From the NCBI GenBank assembly GCA_038245295.1, contig JBBRSP010000004.1, positions 1 through 64,000 of the forward strand: a stretch of DNA of 64,000 nt, read 5' to 3'. The notes beneath the pieces are model-generated. The model made no database searches, was not told the origin of the DNA, and saw nothing but the letters and a program-made list of their open reading frames with translations. Below, in pieces: positions 49,952 through 59,891 of this stretch. Each line of letters opens with the position of its first letter. Position 1 is the first letter of the stretch. The position numbers and the translations under genes were made by a program. This stretch comes from Candidatus Binatia bacterium. GTDB lineage: Bacteria > Desulfobacterota > Binatia > HRBIN30.

Positions 49952-52720
49952 CTAGGGCGTAGGCGTCGCCGTCGCTGTGTCCGTAGCCGTGCGCGTCGCG
50001 GTCGGCGTGCGAGTTGGACTTACCGTACGCGTCGGCGTCGCGCTGTTGGTGGCAGTGATCGAGGGTGTCGCGGTGATCGTCGGTGTCGCCGTCACGGTTC
50101 CGGTCTGGGTTCGTGTTCTTGTCCCGGTCACGGTCGGCGTCGCCGTCCGCGTCGGCGTCTGGGTAATGGTCGCGACGCGAACGACGATCTGCGACAGCGG
50201 CCCTAGGTTGCCCGCCTGGTCACGCAGCGTCACCGACAAGATCGATTCACCCTGCGGTAGAGCCTCCGTGGCGGTGAGATAGCTACAGAACTGTACCCGC
50301 GAGGTGCTGTTGATGAGCTTCGGGTCACGCGTCGGATCGGTAATCGTGCAAGGGTTCAGGGCGCTCGTCTGGGGATCGAACCGGCAAGCGAAATCCACCA
50401 AGGCATCGGTGACCATGCCATCGGCGTCGGTGAACTGCGGCGGATCGATCGCCGGGACACCACCTCCTCCGGCTGAGACCGGACCAACGTCACACACGGC
50501 GGCGCTACCGTTACCCAGCGGGCGGTTACTCTCGATCCATAGATCAGGGCGACCTGCTCCTGCCGGACCAAGGCTCGCCCCCGGCAATATGCCACTCGCA
50601 CCGGTCCCTCCCTCGATGACGATGAGGAACAAACCACTGCCAACCGAAAAGACCCGGCGCCCCTGCCCGTCGATCTCGGGGGTCGGCGTCGGCGTCAGCA
50701 CACAGCTCGAATTGCAGCAGCCAGTGCATCCGTCGACACTATTGAGAACCGAGAGGACGAGCACCTTCGGTCCCTGCCCGGTGGGCGTCGCCGACGGAGT
50801 TGCCGTTCGCGTCGCCGTCCACGTCGGCGTGCCGGTGTTGGGGTAGGTCGAGCTCGGCGTCGCGGTCGAGGTCACCGTCGCAGTGTCGCTTGGCGTCGAC
50901 GTCAGCGTTTCGGTGGGTGTCCACGTGGCAGTCGGACTAGACGTGCGCGTTCGCGTCGGCGTCCGCGTAATCGTTGGCGTCACGGTCGGCGTGGCAGTTA
51001 CTGTCGGTGTTTGCGTCAGGGTTGCGGTTGGCGTGTTCGTCATCGTACGCGTTGGCGTTGCGCTGCGCGTGCGGGTTTCGGAGGCGGTCGGCGTCGCCGT
51101 CGTAGTCGGAGACTGCGTCGCAGTCGACGTGCGGCTCGGCGTCGCCGTGAGGCTCGGCGTGTCGGTGAAAGTCGGCGTCTGGGTGGTCGTCAGCGTCAGG
51201 CTTGGGGTCGCACTCGAGGTCGGCGTTGACGTCACGCTGGGCGTGCTCGTCTCGGTGCCCGTCTGGGTTGCGGTCGCCGTCGCACTCGGCGACGCGGACG
51301 GAATCGCCGTCCGAGTCACCGTGGGCGATTGCGTCGCTGTGCCGGTCACGCTCGCTGTCGCTGTTTCGGAAGGGGTCGCGGTAGTAGTCGGAGTGTTCGA
51401 CGGTGTGTTGGTGATGGTCGGGGTCCGCGTCACGGTTGCGGTGCGGGTCGGACTCGCCGTCACGGTAAGCGTCGCTGTACGCGTCGGGGAGGCGGATGCG
51501 GTCGCCGTTCGCGTCGGTGTTGCTGTCGCGGTCGGGGTTGGTGTTTGGGTTACGGTTACGGTGCGCGATGGCGAGGCGGTCGGCTTCGGCGAGAAGGTAC
51601 GCGTTCCGGTGCGTGTCGGACTCGGAGTTCGCGTCGCCGTTTCGGTCGGTGTCGGGCTATCCGTCGGCGTCGGGGTACCTGTGGCGGTGGCCGTTTCACT
51701 CGAGGTCGGTGTCGGAGTGTCGCTCGGCGTGCGCGACGCGGTTGCCGAGGCACTGGCGCTCGGCGTCGGCGACGCGCTGGGCGGGGGCGACTCGGTTGGT
51801 GTGTTGGTCGGCGTGCGGGAAGCGATCGGCGACAACGTCGCCGTCGGCGTACGTGTTCCGGGTGCGGTTTGGGTCGGGGTATGACTGATCGTCGGGGTGC
51901 GCGTCACCGATCCAGTACGGGTGATCGTCGCCGTCAACGTCGGCGTGGCGGTAAGCCTGGGCGTCTGGGAAGGCGACACCGTGACCGTCGGGGTATCTGA
52001 AACGGTGGCGGTGGCCGTCGCCTGAGTCTCGGTTGGCGTCGGCGTATGGACGACCGGCGTGTTTGTTGTCGTGGCCGTGTCACTCGGAGTCGGCTCAGGC
52101 GTGTCGGTCACCGTCGCGGTGACGCTTGCCGTAGCCGTTGGCGTTGGCGACACCGTCGGTGAGTCGCTCGGCGACGGCGACGGCGACGGCGTAGTATTCG
52201 GCGTCGCCGTCGCGGTGGGGCTCCAGGTGCGGGTGACCGACTCCGTCGGCGACGACGTCTCCGTCCTTGACGGAGTCAGGGTCACCGTTGGCGGTTTGGT
52301 TCGCGTCGGCGTTGGCGACTCCATCGGCGTGTTGGTCGGTGTAACGGTCGCTGTCTCCGAGGGCGTGTCGCTCGGCGTCGCGGTTGGCAGCGCCCTCGCT
52401 GTCTCTGTGACCGTCGGTGTTGGCGTCGGCGTCAGGGTCGGAGCCTCCGTCGAAGTGGCGGTGGCAGTAGCGGTAGCATTTGGCCCGATCAGACTTGCGG
52501 CAATCAAGTCGGCCGCGGTTACCCGACCGTCCGAATTGGCGTCGAATGCCTCGCACTGCGGGTCTTCGTGGTTGAATACAGCCTGCACCAGCGCCCCGAC
52601 GGGTACTGGCGGTCCGTCCGGGCACGTCGGCGCGATGTTTGCGCCCATTGCCCGGACGGCGACTCCCAGGGACAGCGCGGCGGCGATCAGGCGAACTCGA
52701 ATGGGCACGGGGCTCCTCAT
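49952..52720 (-). CDS. Giant secreted Thr/Pro-stalk protein, paralog with extra TP tail
   Basis: Signal peptide; [13 protein letters not shown]; about 570 aa linker; same C-terminal domain; ATGA overlap with upstream gene. Confidence 0.85.
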   Translation of the reverse strand: MRSPVPIRVRLIAAALSLGVAVRAMGANIAPTCPDGPPVPVGALVQAVFNHEDPQCEAFDANSDGRVTAADLIAASLIGPNATATATATSTEAPTLTPTPTPTVTETARALPTATPSDTPSETATVTPTNTPMESPTPTRTKPPTVTLTPSRTETSSPTESVTRTWSPTATATPNTTPSPSPSPSDSPTVSPTPTATASVTATVTDTPEPTPSDTATTTNTPVVHTPTPTETQATATATVSDTPTVTVSPSQTPRLTATPTLTATITRTGSVTRTPTISHTPTQTAPGTRTPTATLSPIASRTPTNTPTESPPPSASPTPSASASATASRTPSDTPTPTSSETATATGTPTPTDSPTPTETATRTPSPTRTGTRTFSPKPTASPSRTVTVTQTPTPTATATPTRTATASASPTRTATLTVTASPTRTATVTRTPTITNTPSNTPTTTATPSETATASVTGTATQSPTVTRTAIPSASPSATATATQTGTETSTPSVTSTPTSSATPSLTLTTTQTPTFTDTPSLTATPSRTSTATQSPTTTATPTASETRTRSATPTRTMTNTPTATLTQTPTVTATPTVTPTITRTPTRTRTSSPTATWTPTETLTSTPSDTATVTSTATPSSTYPNTGTPTWTATRTATPSATPTGQGPKVLVLSVLNSVDGCTGCCNSSCVLTPTPTPEIDGQGRRVFSVGSGLFLIVIEGGTGASGILPGASLGPAGAGRPDLWIESNRPLGNGSAAVCDVGPVSAGGGGVPAIDPPQFTDADGMVTDALVDFACRFDPQTSALNPCTITDPTRDPKLINSTSRVQFCSYLTATEALPQGESILSVTLRDQAGNLGPLSQIVVRVATITQTPTRTATPTVTGTRTRTQTGTVTATPTITATPSITATNSATPTRTVSPTRTPTATRTATDTATATPTP

Positions 52721-55098
52721 CGTAGTGGCGTCGGCGTCGCGACACGCACGACAATCTGTGCGGTTGGGCCAGGGTTGCCAAGAACGTCACGCAGCCGGGC
52801 CGTCAGTACCGTATCTCCCGGCGGGAACTGTGCGGTCGAGCCGACAAAGTCGCAAAACTGTGCCGAGGCATTGGGGCTGACCAGACGCGAATCGCGCCCG
52901 GCATCAACAATCGTACACGGGGCACCGGCGTTCACGGATGAGTCGAAGCGACAGGCAAAGTCGGCAAGGGCATCCCTAATGAGGATGCTTTGCGGCGCGA
53001 AACTCGGCGGATCGATTGCCGGAATGCCACCACCGCCGGCTGACGGTGAGCCGGTATCGCAAACCGCTGTGCTGCCATTGCCCAGGGGTCGTGAGGCGAT
53101 CACCCAGAGATCCGGACGACTGTCCGAGTTGAGCGAGTCGAGCGAGAGAGCCACGGCATTGCCGCTTGGCCCGACGGCGCCTTCGATCACCAGAACCACC
53201 TGTCCGGACAGTGAAAAGAAGACGCGGTGACCGAAGTTGTCGTACTCGGGTGCCGGCGTCGGGACCGCAGAGCAGCTCTGGTCGCAACAGAACACGCAGC
53301 CGTCAAAGCGCGTCAACGCGGCAAAGTAGACGATCGGCGGTCCGATGACCGACGGCGTTCGCGTCGGCGTGGCGGTCGAGGTTCGCGTGCGCGATGGCGT
53401 CGGCGTCGCGGTTGGCGAGCGCGTCAGCGAAGTGGTGGGCGACGGGGTCGGTGTGGGCGTCGCGGTCAGCGTCGGTGTGAAGGAGCGCGTCGACGTCGGC
53501 GAGCGGGTGAACGACGGGCTCGGTGTCGGTGTCGCGGTGCGCGTCGGCGTCAAACTCGGAGTCGGCGTGGCGGTCGGCGTTGGCGTCAACGTCACCGACG
53601 GCGAGCGGCTTGGCGTCGGGCTGCGCGTCGCTGTCGGGCTAGGGGCGGGCGGGCCGCCGGAAGTTGCACTGCGGCTCGGCGTCGACGTCACGGTTGCCGT
53701 CCGCGCTGTCGCGCTTTGGGTTGGACTGCCGCTGGGTGAGGCGCTCGTCGTCGGTCGCGTGGTTGCCACACGTGTAGCGGTGCGTGTCGCGCTGCTGGTC
53801 GGCGATGGGCTTGGGCTCGGCGGCGGCGTGATCGTGGCGCTAGCGGAAGGCGTTGACGTCGCCGTAAACGTCGTGGTCGCCGAGCCCGTGATCGACCGCG
53901 TCGGTGTTGCCGTGCGGGTCGTCGAGCTGGTGAAGGATGGCGTCGATGTGGGCATCGCCGTGCGAGTGAAGGACGGCGAACGCGTCATCGTTTGGGTCGA
54001 CGTGATGCTGCGAGTCGGTGTGGCCGTCGGCGTGACGGTCGATGTCGGTGTTTCAGTCGGCGTGGCAGTCGACGTCCAGCTGGGGCTTGGCGTCGCGGTG
54101 CGGGTCGCCGTCGCGGTCAGGCTGATCGTGACGGTCGCGGTGGCGCTATGCGTCGGCGTCGCCGTGATGCTTCTCGTCGCCGTGCCGGTTGCCGTCGGGC
54201 TGCCGCTCGGCAACGGCGTGCGGGTCGTCGTCGCCGTCGGAAGACGCGTCAGCGATGTCGTTGCGGTCGGCGACGCGGATCCGCTGGCGGTCGGCGTCGC
54301 CGTCAAGGTTGGCGTTTCGCTGCGCGTGCGCGACGGTGGCACCGGCTGAGTTGGGCTCGCGGTCGTGGTCGGCGTGCGGCTTGGCGTGTCGGTTCGCGTC
54401 GCTGTCGACTCACGCGTCTCGGTAGCGGTCGGTGAATCGGTGACACTCGCCGTCGGGGTAACCGTTGCCGTGTCGTTGGGTGTCGCCGTCGCGCTGGGCG
54501 TCCACGATCGCGTGCGTGTCGCGGGAATCGTAAAGGTAGGTGATTCAGTCGTGGTGGCGGTTCGCGTCGGAGGCAGCGTCCGTGTGGCCGTGTCACTGCG
54601 CGTTGCCGTCGCCGACGGGGTCAACGACGTAGGCGTTCCCGTCGGAGTCGCCGACTGGCTGCTGCTCGGCGATGGCGTCGCCGTCACCGTGGCGCTCGCC
54701 TCGGGTGAGGCTGTCTCAGTGGGCAGATTCGTCGGACTCGACTCAGCCGTTGGCGACTCGCTCGGAGTCGGCGTTGGCGACTCCGGCGCCATCGGTGTCT
54801 CACTCGGCTCCAGCGTCTGTGTTGGCGAGGCTGTTGGCGCGACTTGAGCCAACAATCGAACGACAGCCACGAGATCAGCGGCCGAGACACGTCCGTCCTG
54901 GTTGGAATCGCTACCGGCACAGGACGATTCGGTGGTCAACGCTAGAACCACGGCGTGCACGTCGCTCGGCGTAATCACGCCATCGCAGTCAGCGTCGCCT
55001 GGAAGCACCGCCGCGGCCGCGCGCAACGTGATGACTCCGCAGAGAAGCGCACCAGCGAGGACGCCACGTGTGCACGTATGTAAGTCGGTAAGTGCCAC
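52717..55098 (-). CDS. Giant secreted Thr/Pro-stalk protein, first of three
   Basis: Signal peptide; PGDADCDG...[13 protein letters not shown]; about 500 aa linker; same C-terminal domain. Confidence 0.85.
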   Translation of the reverse strand: MALTDLHTCTRGVLAGALLCGVITLRAAAAVLPGDADCDGVITPSDVHAVVLALTTESSCAGSDSNQDGRVSAADLVAVVRLLAQVAPTASPTQTLEPSETPMAPESPTPTPSESPTAESSPTNLPTETASPEASATVTATPSPSSSQSATPTGTPTSLTPSATATRSDTATRTLPPTRTATTTESPTFTIPATRTRSWTPSATATPNDTATVTPTASVTDSPTATETRESTATRTDTPSRTPTTTASPTQPVPPSRTRSETPTLTATPTASGSASPTATTSLTRLPTATTTRTPLPSGSPTATGTATRSITATPTHSATATVTISLTATATRTATPSPSWTSTATPTETPTSTVTPTATPTRSITSTQTMTRSPSFTRTAMPTSTPSFTSSTTRTATPTRSITGSATTTFTATSTPSASATITPPPSPSPSPTSSATRTATRVATTRPTTSASPSGSPTQSATARTATVTSTPSRSATSGGPPAPSPTATRSPTPSRSPSVTLTPTPTATPTPSLTPTRTATPTPSPSFTRSPTSTRSFTPTLTATPTPTPSPTTSLTRSPTATPTPSRTRTSTATPTRTPSVIGPPIVYFAALTRFDGCVFCCDQSCSAVPTPAPEYDNFGHRVFFSLSGQVVLVIEGAVGPSGNAVALSLDSLNSDSRPDLWVIASRPLGNGSTAVCDTGSPSAGGGGIPAIDPPSFAPQSILIRDALADFACRFDSSVNAGAPCTIVDAGRDSRLVSPNASAQFCDFVGSTAQFPPGDTVLTARLRDVLGNPGPTAQIVVRVATPTPLR

Positions 55099-55194
55099 GA
55101 TGTTGACGTCTAGGTGTCCCGGCGATTCGTTTTCAATCGCTCAACTTGGAATTGATTTGGCGGAAGTGCGGCATATTGTTGCACCTAGCTCGGC

Positions 55195-55653
55195 TCAATA
55201 GACGCCACCGAGCTTTCCATGATCCCAGCTGCTGATACGCTCCGCAGTGATGCGGATGACAACTCGCTTGCGCGCCTGGTGCATAAGGGCTTCGTCGATT
55301 CCCTCGGGAAACGAGCCCATCATTTTGCCATTCACACGTTTTAGTACCTCGAGCGCGGCGTGCGGATCGCGAATCAACTCGGCGGTACCGCGGATCAGCA
55401 CTCCCTTGAGGGTGTCGTAGGTATCACCCGTCTCCGCCATCAGCGCCACTTTCTGATTGCGCTCGATATTCTTGGTTTTCTGCGACTTGTTGTAGGTCGT
55501 CATGACCGCCACATCCCCGTCCATGAAAAACCACATGGCCACGGAATGCGGATAACCGTGCTGATCAATCGTCGACAACGTGATGGTTCGGACGTCATTG
55601 AGGAACGTCCGGCGTTCTTCCGGCGTCAGTTGGATCAAATCGCGACGGCTCAT
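55195..55653 (-). CDS. PPOX-class (F420-dependent-like) split-barrel protein
   Basis: PHSVAMWF, KSQKTKNIERN, LKGV, SWDHGKL. Confidence 0.85.
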   Translation of the reverse strand: MSRRDLIQLTPEERRTFLNDVRTITLSTIDQHGYPHSVAMWFFMDGDVAVMTTYNKSQKTKNIERNQKVALMAETGDTYDTLKGVLIRGTAELIRDPHAALEVLKRVNGKMMGSFPEGIDEALMHQARKRVVIRITAERISSWDHGKLGGVY

Positions 55654-55776
55654 GCAGTCATCCTTTCGTGCATAGACCGTGCACCGTAGAGCATGGGCAC
55701 CGCACAGTCAAAATAGAATCTGCACCAAGCTCTCGGGCGCTTGATTCGCGCCACCGCATATGTTGGATCAGTCACC

Positions 55777-56130
55777 ATGCGAAAAACGATTAGATTGACG
55801 GCAGTGACGCTGCTCGCCGCGAGTGTCACTTTCGCGCGACCCGCCGGCGCCGCCGACGCCGCCAAGGGCAAGGCCCTGTTCGCCGAGCGCTGCGCCTTTT
55901 GTCACGGCATGGCAGGCCATGGCGACGGAATCGCCGGCGCCACGCTTCAACCTCCTCCGACCAACTTTACCGCCGCCGATACATGGAAGAAGCTCACCCC
56001 CGAATTGATCAAATCGACCATCAGCGACGGCCGCCCGGGCACAGCCATGGTCGCGTTCAAGGCCACCCTGAGCCCGGAGCAGATCGACGATGTTGCGGCG
56101 CACATCCTAACGTTCAAGCCGGCGCCTTAA
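55777..56130 (+). CDS. Monoheme cytochrome c
   Basis: Signal peptide; CAFCH; GRPGTAM axial Met. Confidence 0.9.
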   Translation: MRKTIRLTAVTLLAASVTFARPAGAADAAKGKALFAERCAFCHGMAGHGDGIAGATLQPPPTNFTAADTWKKLTPELIKSTISDGRPGTAMVAFKATLSPEQIDDVAAHILTFKPAP

Positions 56131-56164
56131 TCACTCAACCGACGACCGGAACGCACGAACACGA

Positions 56165-58966
56165 TCAATCGGCGCCGCCTTCGGGAAGCAGCGCCATTGC
56201 CGCCGCCACACGTTGAGCCGCCTCCGGCTGATGCGCCAACGTGTACAACTGCCCCAGACGCTGCAACACGAGACGTGCCCCGGGAGGCGACGGCGCCGCC
56301 CACGCCTCGATCAACGCTCCTGCTTGCGAGACAGATTCAGGGCCCGGCTCCGAGCGGGCGCTGCGCAAAACGCCCAATAGAGTGCGGAAGTATTCGCCAC
56401 GCCGCACTGCCGGCACAAGATCAGCGTGTGCCAGGAGTTGAGGAACGAGGTCGCGCTCGCGACCTTGCAGCGACAACCAGGCGGCCAACACCGAAGACAA
56501 TGCGGGGTCCGCCGGCGCCACCCGACACCAGGCCGCCAGCAAACCAGATACATACTCGAAGTCCAACATGTCGGCGCGTTGCAGATAGGTCCATGCCTCG
56601 CCGAAAGCAGCGGCGTCCCACGCTACGAAGCGCGACACGTGCTCGTCGTCGGTGAAGTGGACGTGGGCCAAGCCTTGTGCCTGGCCACCGCTGTAGAAGG
56701 CGCGCGGCACACTGTACTCGAGGATCGGGTGCCGATCTTGATTGACCTTGCCGGGGTGGACGAATCGGGGTAACGCCGCCGCCGGTAACACCTCCAGACC
56801 AAGCACTGTCGTGGAACGCGTCACGCCGAGCTCCTGCAAACCGCTTGCCCGTGCCAAGGCGGCAGCGTCGGGATCCCGCAAGACCCCCTGGTCGTTGGCC
56901 GCAGCAATCACGAGGTCCCACGAGTTGGACTGAAAGACCCGCACGTAACGGAAGGTCGACTGCAGCGTCCGCAAGACGACGGCAACGTCCGCGTCCGACG
57001 ACTCGTAGGAATGGAACCACTGCACCAACACGCCGCCGAGAGCCAGACGATCAGCGATCTGCTCGAAGTACTCGTGTGTAAACAGGTTGCCGATCCCGGC
57101 TACCCAGGGATTCGAGGGCTCGCTGATCACAACGTCGTAAGGCTCGCCCTGGCTGTAAAGAAAGGTGCGCGCATCGTCGACGATCAGGCGTGTGCGCGGA
57201 TCGCCGAGCGGCTGATGGTTGACGTCGTGGAAGTAGCGTTCGGCGGCGATGACCTCGGAGGCGATCTCGACAACGTCGACCTCCTTCAATGGATGTTGCA
57301 ACAGCGCACCGACGGTCATGCCGCTGCCGTAGCCGATGACCAGCGCGCGGCGTGCCTGCGGCTGCAGGAGCACCGGCAGGTGCCCGAGCAGCAGTTGGGT
57401 GTCGGCGTCGCCGCGGCTGGACGCGTCGGCCTTGCCATTCACCCTCAGCGTCGTCTCACCGTCCTCCTGGCGTTCGACGCTCACCGTCGTCGTGGCGCCA
57501 TCGCGGTAGTACAGCAATTCCTGGATCAGGCTGTCGCGATACGAGGAGAAATCCTGCGCCGCGATTCCTTCATGCCGGCGAAACTCCCCTACCGATAACA
57601 GCTTCAGGTTCCATCCCCGAGCCAGGCCGCCACCAAGCGCCAATCCCGCCAATCCAAAGCCGACGCGGGCCAAGGCCATTGGTGCGCCGCGACGCCATTG
57701 GACGAGCGCCGCCAGGCCGATCAATACCGTGGCGCCGAGGAGAAAGGTCCCATGCAAACCAAGCAAGGGCATCAGCCATAACCCACCGCCGACGGTGCCT
57801 ACGATGGTCCCCAAGGTGTTCGCCGCCAGAACACGGCCGACAGGCTTCGACGACTCGCCCGTCGAGGCCGCCGCCTGGCTCAAGGCCGGGAACAGCAGGC
57901 CGCTCGAGATCGTCATCGGCAACATGACCAGCACCGAGACCACCAACATCATGGCCTGATGCGCCGCGAAGCCGCCGCCTTGCGCATGTACGATGTAGGT
58001 CAGACGCGCCACCCAGAACGGCAAGCGGTCGTACCAGGGCAACGAAACGAGCAGCACCGTCGCCGCCCACAAACACAATCCGACGAACCAGGCTTCGGCG
58101 CGGTCGTCCGGCGGCCGCAAGGCTCGGTAGAGCAAACTGCCAAGACCAATCCCGATGATGAATGCCGCCAGCATCACGGAAAACGCATACGAGGACGAGC
58201 CGAAAACCAAACTGCACAAGCGGATCCACGCGACTTCATAGAGCATGGCGACGGCACCACAGACGGCGGCCGCCAGCGCCACGCGCTGCGGCGAAAGACG
58301 CGACACGGCCGCCGCGTTCGGCGCCGTCGTTAAACGCGGAGCTCTCTCCGTCACCGTGAGTGAGGCGTCGAGACAATACGCCCCAACACCGATCAGGACG
58401 TTGATCAGCGCGGCGCCGACGACCGGCGCATCGAGGCCGAGCTGCGGCAAAAGCAGGAAGCCCGTGACAATGCTGCCAACGGCGGCGCCAAAGCTGTTGA
58501 CCGCGTACAGAAGCGCCACCGATCCACCGACACCGCCGCGGTCGCCTAGAACACGAGTCAGCACGGGCAGGGTCCCGCCCATCGCCAGGGTCGGTATCCC
58601 CATCGTAAGGGCACACGCGAGAATCTTTACCACCAGCCGCGTCACGCTGTGGTCGCCGAGCGACGACAGCGAGACCCAGTACAGATGCGTCAACGAATCG
58701 AACGTGGCGACAAAGGCCAAAGCGCTGAGTCCGATCGTCAACTCCAGATGGCCGTATAGTCGTAGAGGTCGCGCTGCCGTCTCGGCAAAGCCACCCCACA
58801 GGCGGGCGCCGCCGGCCAGGCCGGCCATGAAAACCGCCAACACCCCAACCTGCGCATACGCCGTGCTGCCGAGGAGTAGGGCGAAGTATTTTGCCCAAAC
58901 GACCTCGTAGACGAGACCTGTGAAGCCCGAGAGGAAGAACAACAGGGCGACGAGCGTGACTAACAT
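56165..58966 (-). CDS. Fused membrane (MFS-like) / spermidine synthase-like SAM-fold protein
   Basis: SGFTGLVYEVVW, NGKAD, IGYGSGMT, VEI, DDAR, ISEPSNPW. Confidence 0.88.
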   Translation of the reverse strand: MLVTLVALLFFLSGFTGLVYEVVWAKYFALLLGSTAYAQVGVLAVFMAGLAGGARLWGGFAETAARPLRLYGHLELTIGLSALAFVATFDSLTHLYWVSLSSLGDHSVTRLVVKILACALTMGIPTLAMGGTLPVLTRVLGDRGGVGGSVALLYAVNSFGAAVGSIVTGFLLLPQLGLDAPVVGAALINVLIGVGAYCLDASLTVTERAPRLTTAPNAAAVSRLSPQRVALAAAVCGAVAMLYEVAWIRLCSLVFGSSSYAFSVMLAAFIIGIGLGSLLYRALRPPDDRAEAWFVGLCLWAATVLLVSLPWYDRLPFWVARLTYIVHAQGGGFAAHQAMMLVVSVLVMLPMTISSGLLFPALSQAAASTGESSKPVGRVLAANTLGTIVGTVGGGLWLMPLLGLHGTFLLGATVLIGLAALVQWRRGAPMALARVGFGLAGLALGGGLARGWNLKLLSVGEFRRHEGIAAQDFSSYRDSLIQELLYYRDGATTTVSVERQEDGETTLRVNGKADASSRGDADTQLLLGHLPVLLQPQARRALVIGYGSGMTVGALLQHPLKEVDVVEIASEVIAAERYFHDVNHQPLGDPRTRLIVDDARTFLYSQGEPYDVVISEPSNPWVAGIGNLFTHEYFEQIADRLALGGVLVQWFHSYESSDADVAVVLRTLQSTFRYVRVFQSNSWDLVIAAANDQGVLRDPDAAALARASGLQELGVTRSTTVLGLEVLPAAALPRFVHPGKVNQDRHPILEYSVPRAFYSGGQAQGLAHVHFTDDEHVSRFVAWDAAAFGEAWTYLQRADMLDFEYVSGLLAAWCRVAPADPALSSVLAAWLSLQGRERDLVPQLLAHADLVPAVRRGEYFRTLLGVLRSARSEPGPESVSQAGALIEAWAAPSPPGARLVLQRLGQLYTLAHQPEAAQRVAAAMALLPEGGAD

Positions 58967-59778
58967 GCGCTGGCTTGGAAGGCGGCCGTCGTCAGGTCAA
59001 CGCCCGCGGTGAAGCCCAGGAGAGCGTGACGGAACAGCTCGGGCTGTTCGATGGGCAAGTTGTGCCCCGCCTCAGCCATCATCAGCAGTCGCGCATTCGG
59101 TAAAGCTCGCCGCAGTTTCACCGACCCGCCGGGCGGCGTGAGTTGGTCGTCGAGACCCTGCAGGATCAACACCGGCGTCGTCAGACGGTTCAGGTCGGCG
59201 GTCCAGTGGTAGTCGCTGACGGCGCGCGCAGCAGCGGCATAGCCGCGTGGATCACACTCAGCATTGCGCTGCCCCGTCGCCTGTACGACATCAGGATGTT
59301 TGGCGGCAAACGACGGCGAGAAGGAACGCGCGGCGCTCGCGGAGCGTGCATCGAATCCTTTTTCCTCGATCTGATCCGCCAGACGTTGCCAGGCGGCAAT
59401 CGACTTCTCGCCAACCTCGCTAGAGGTGCTCACCAGGATGAGCGATCGAGCGCGTGCGGGGAAATCGAGGCCAAAGCGCTGCGCGATGACACCACCCATC
59501 GAGTGGCCGGCGATGTGCGCCGATTCGAACCCGCAGGCATCCAGCACACCGGCCAAATCCCGCGCAAACATGGTCGGAGAATAGGGCCCGGCAGGTTTGT
59601 CCGATGCTCCGAAGCCTCGTATATCGAGGCGCACGACGCAGTGGTGCGCCTTCAACGTCTCGAGATGCGGTTCCCAATAACGCACGTCGGCACCGAGGCC
59701 ATGCAAGAGCACGAGTGGTGTGCCCTGCCCTTCCTGCTCGACGTTCAAGGAGCAGTCACCGACAGCAATACGAGCCAT
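58960..59778 (-). CDS. Alpha/beta hydrolase (enol-lactone hydrolase-like)
   Basis: LLHGLG, DIRGFGAS, GHSMGG, AGHN. Confidence 0.88.
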   Translation of the reverse strand: MARIAVGDCSLNVEQEGQGTPLVLLHGLGADVRYWEPHLETLKAHHCVVRLDIRGFGASDKPAGPYSPTMFARDLAGVLDACGFESAHIAGHSMGGVIAQRFGLDFPARARSLILVSTSSEVGEKSIAAWQRLADQIEEKGFDARSASAARSFSPSFAAKHPDVVQATGQRNAECDPRGYAAAARAVSDYHWTADLNRLTTPVLILQGLDDQLTPPGGSVKLRRALPNARLLMMAEAGHNLPIEQPELFRHALLGFTAGVDLTTAAFQASAC

Positions 59779-59891
59779 GGGCGCGCTTCCTATCCGAAGC
59801 GACGCGCCAGGCCAAGCGACAAGCCCGGAGTCTGCTCCTGCCGACGCCGGAGACCGTCGATTTTCGGCGCTGTGTCGCTAAAGTCTGCCGG

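Noticed and set aside
48479..54847. Long plus-strand Val/Gly/Ala-rich ORFs (48479-49894, 50883-51884, 53345-54349 and others)
   Set aside because: Antisense shadows of Thr/Pro codons, which lack stops on the opposite strand
47149..55098. Ice-binding or ice-nucleation TxT solenoid
   Set aside because: Frequent Pro and no fixed-length repeat unit argue against a beta-solenoid
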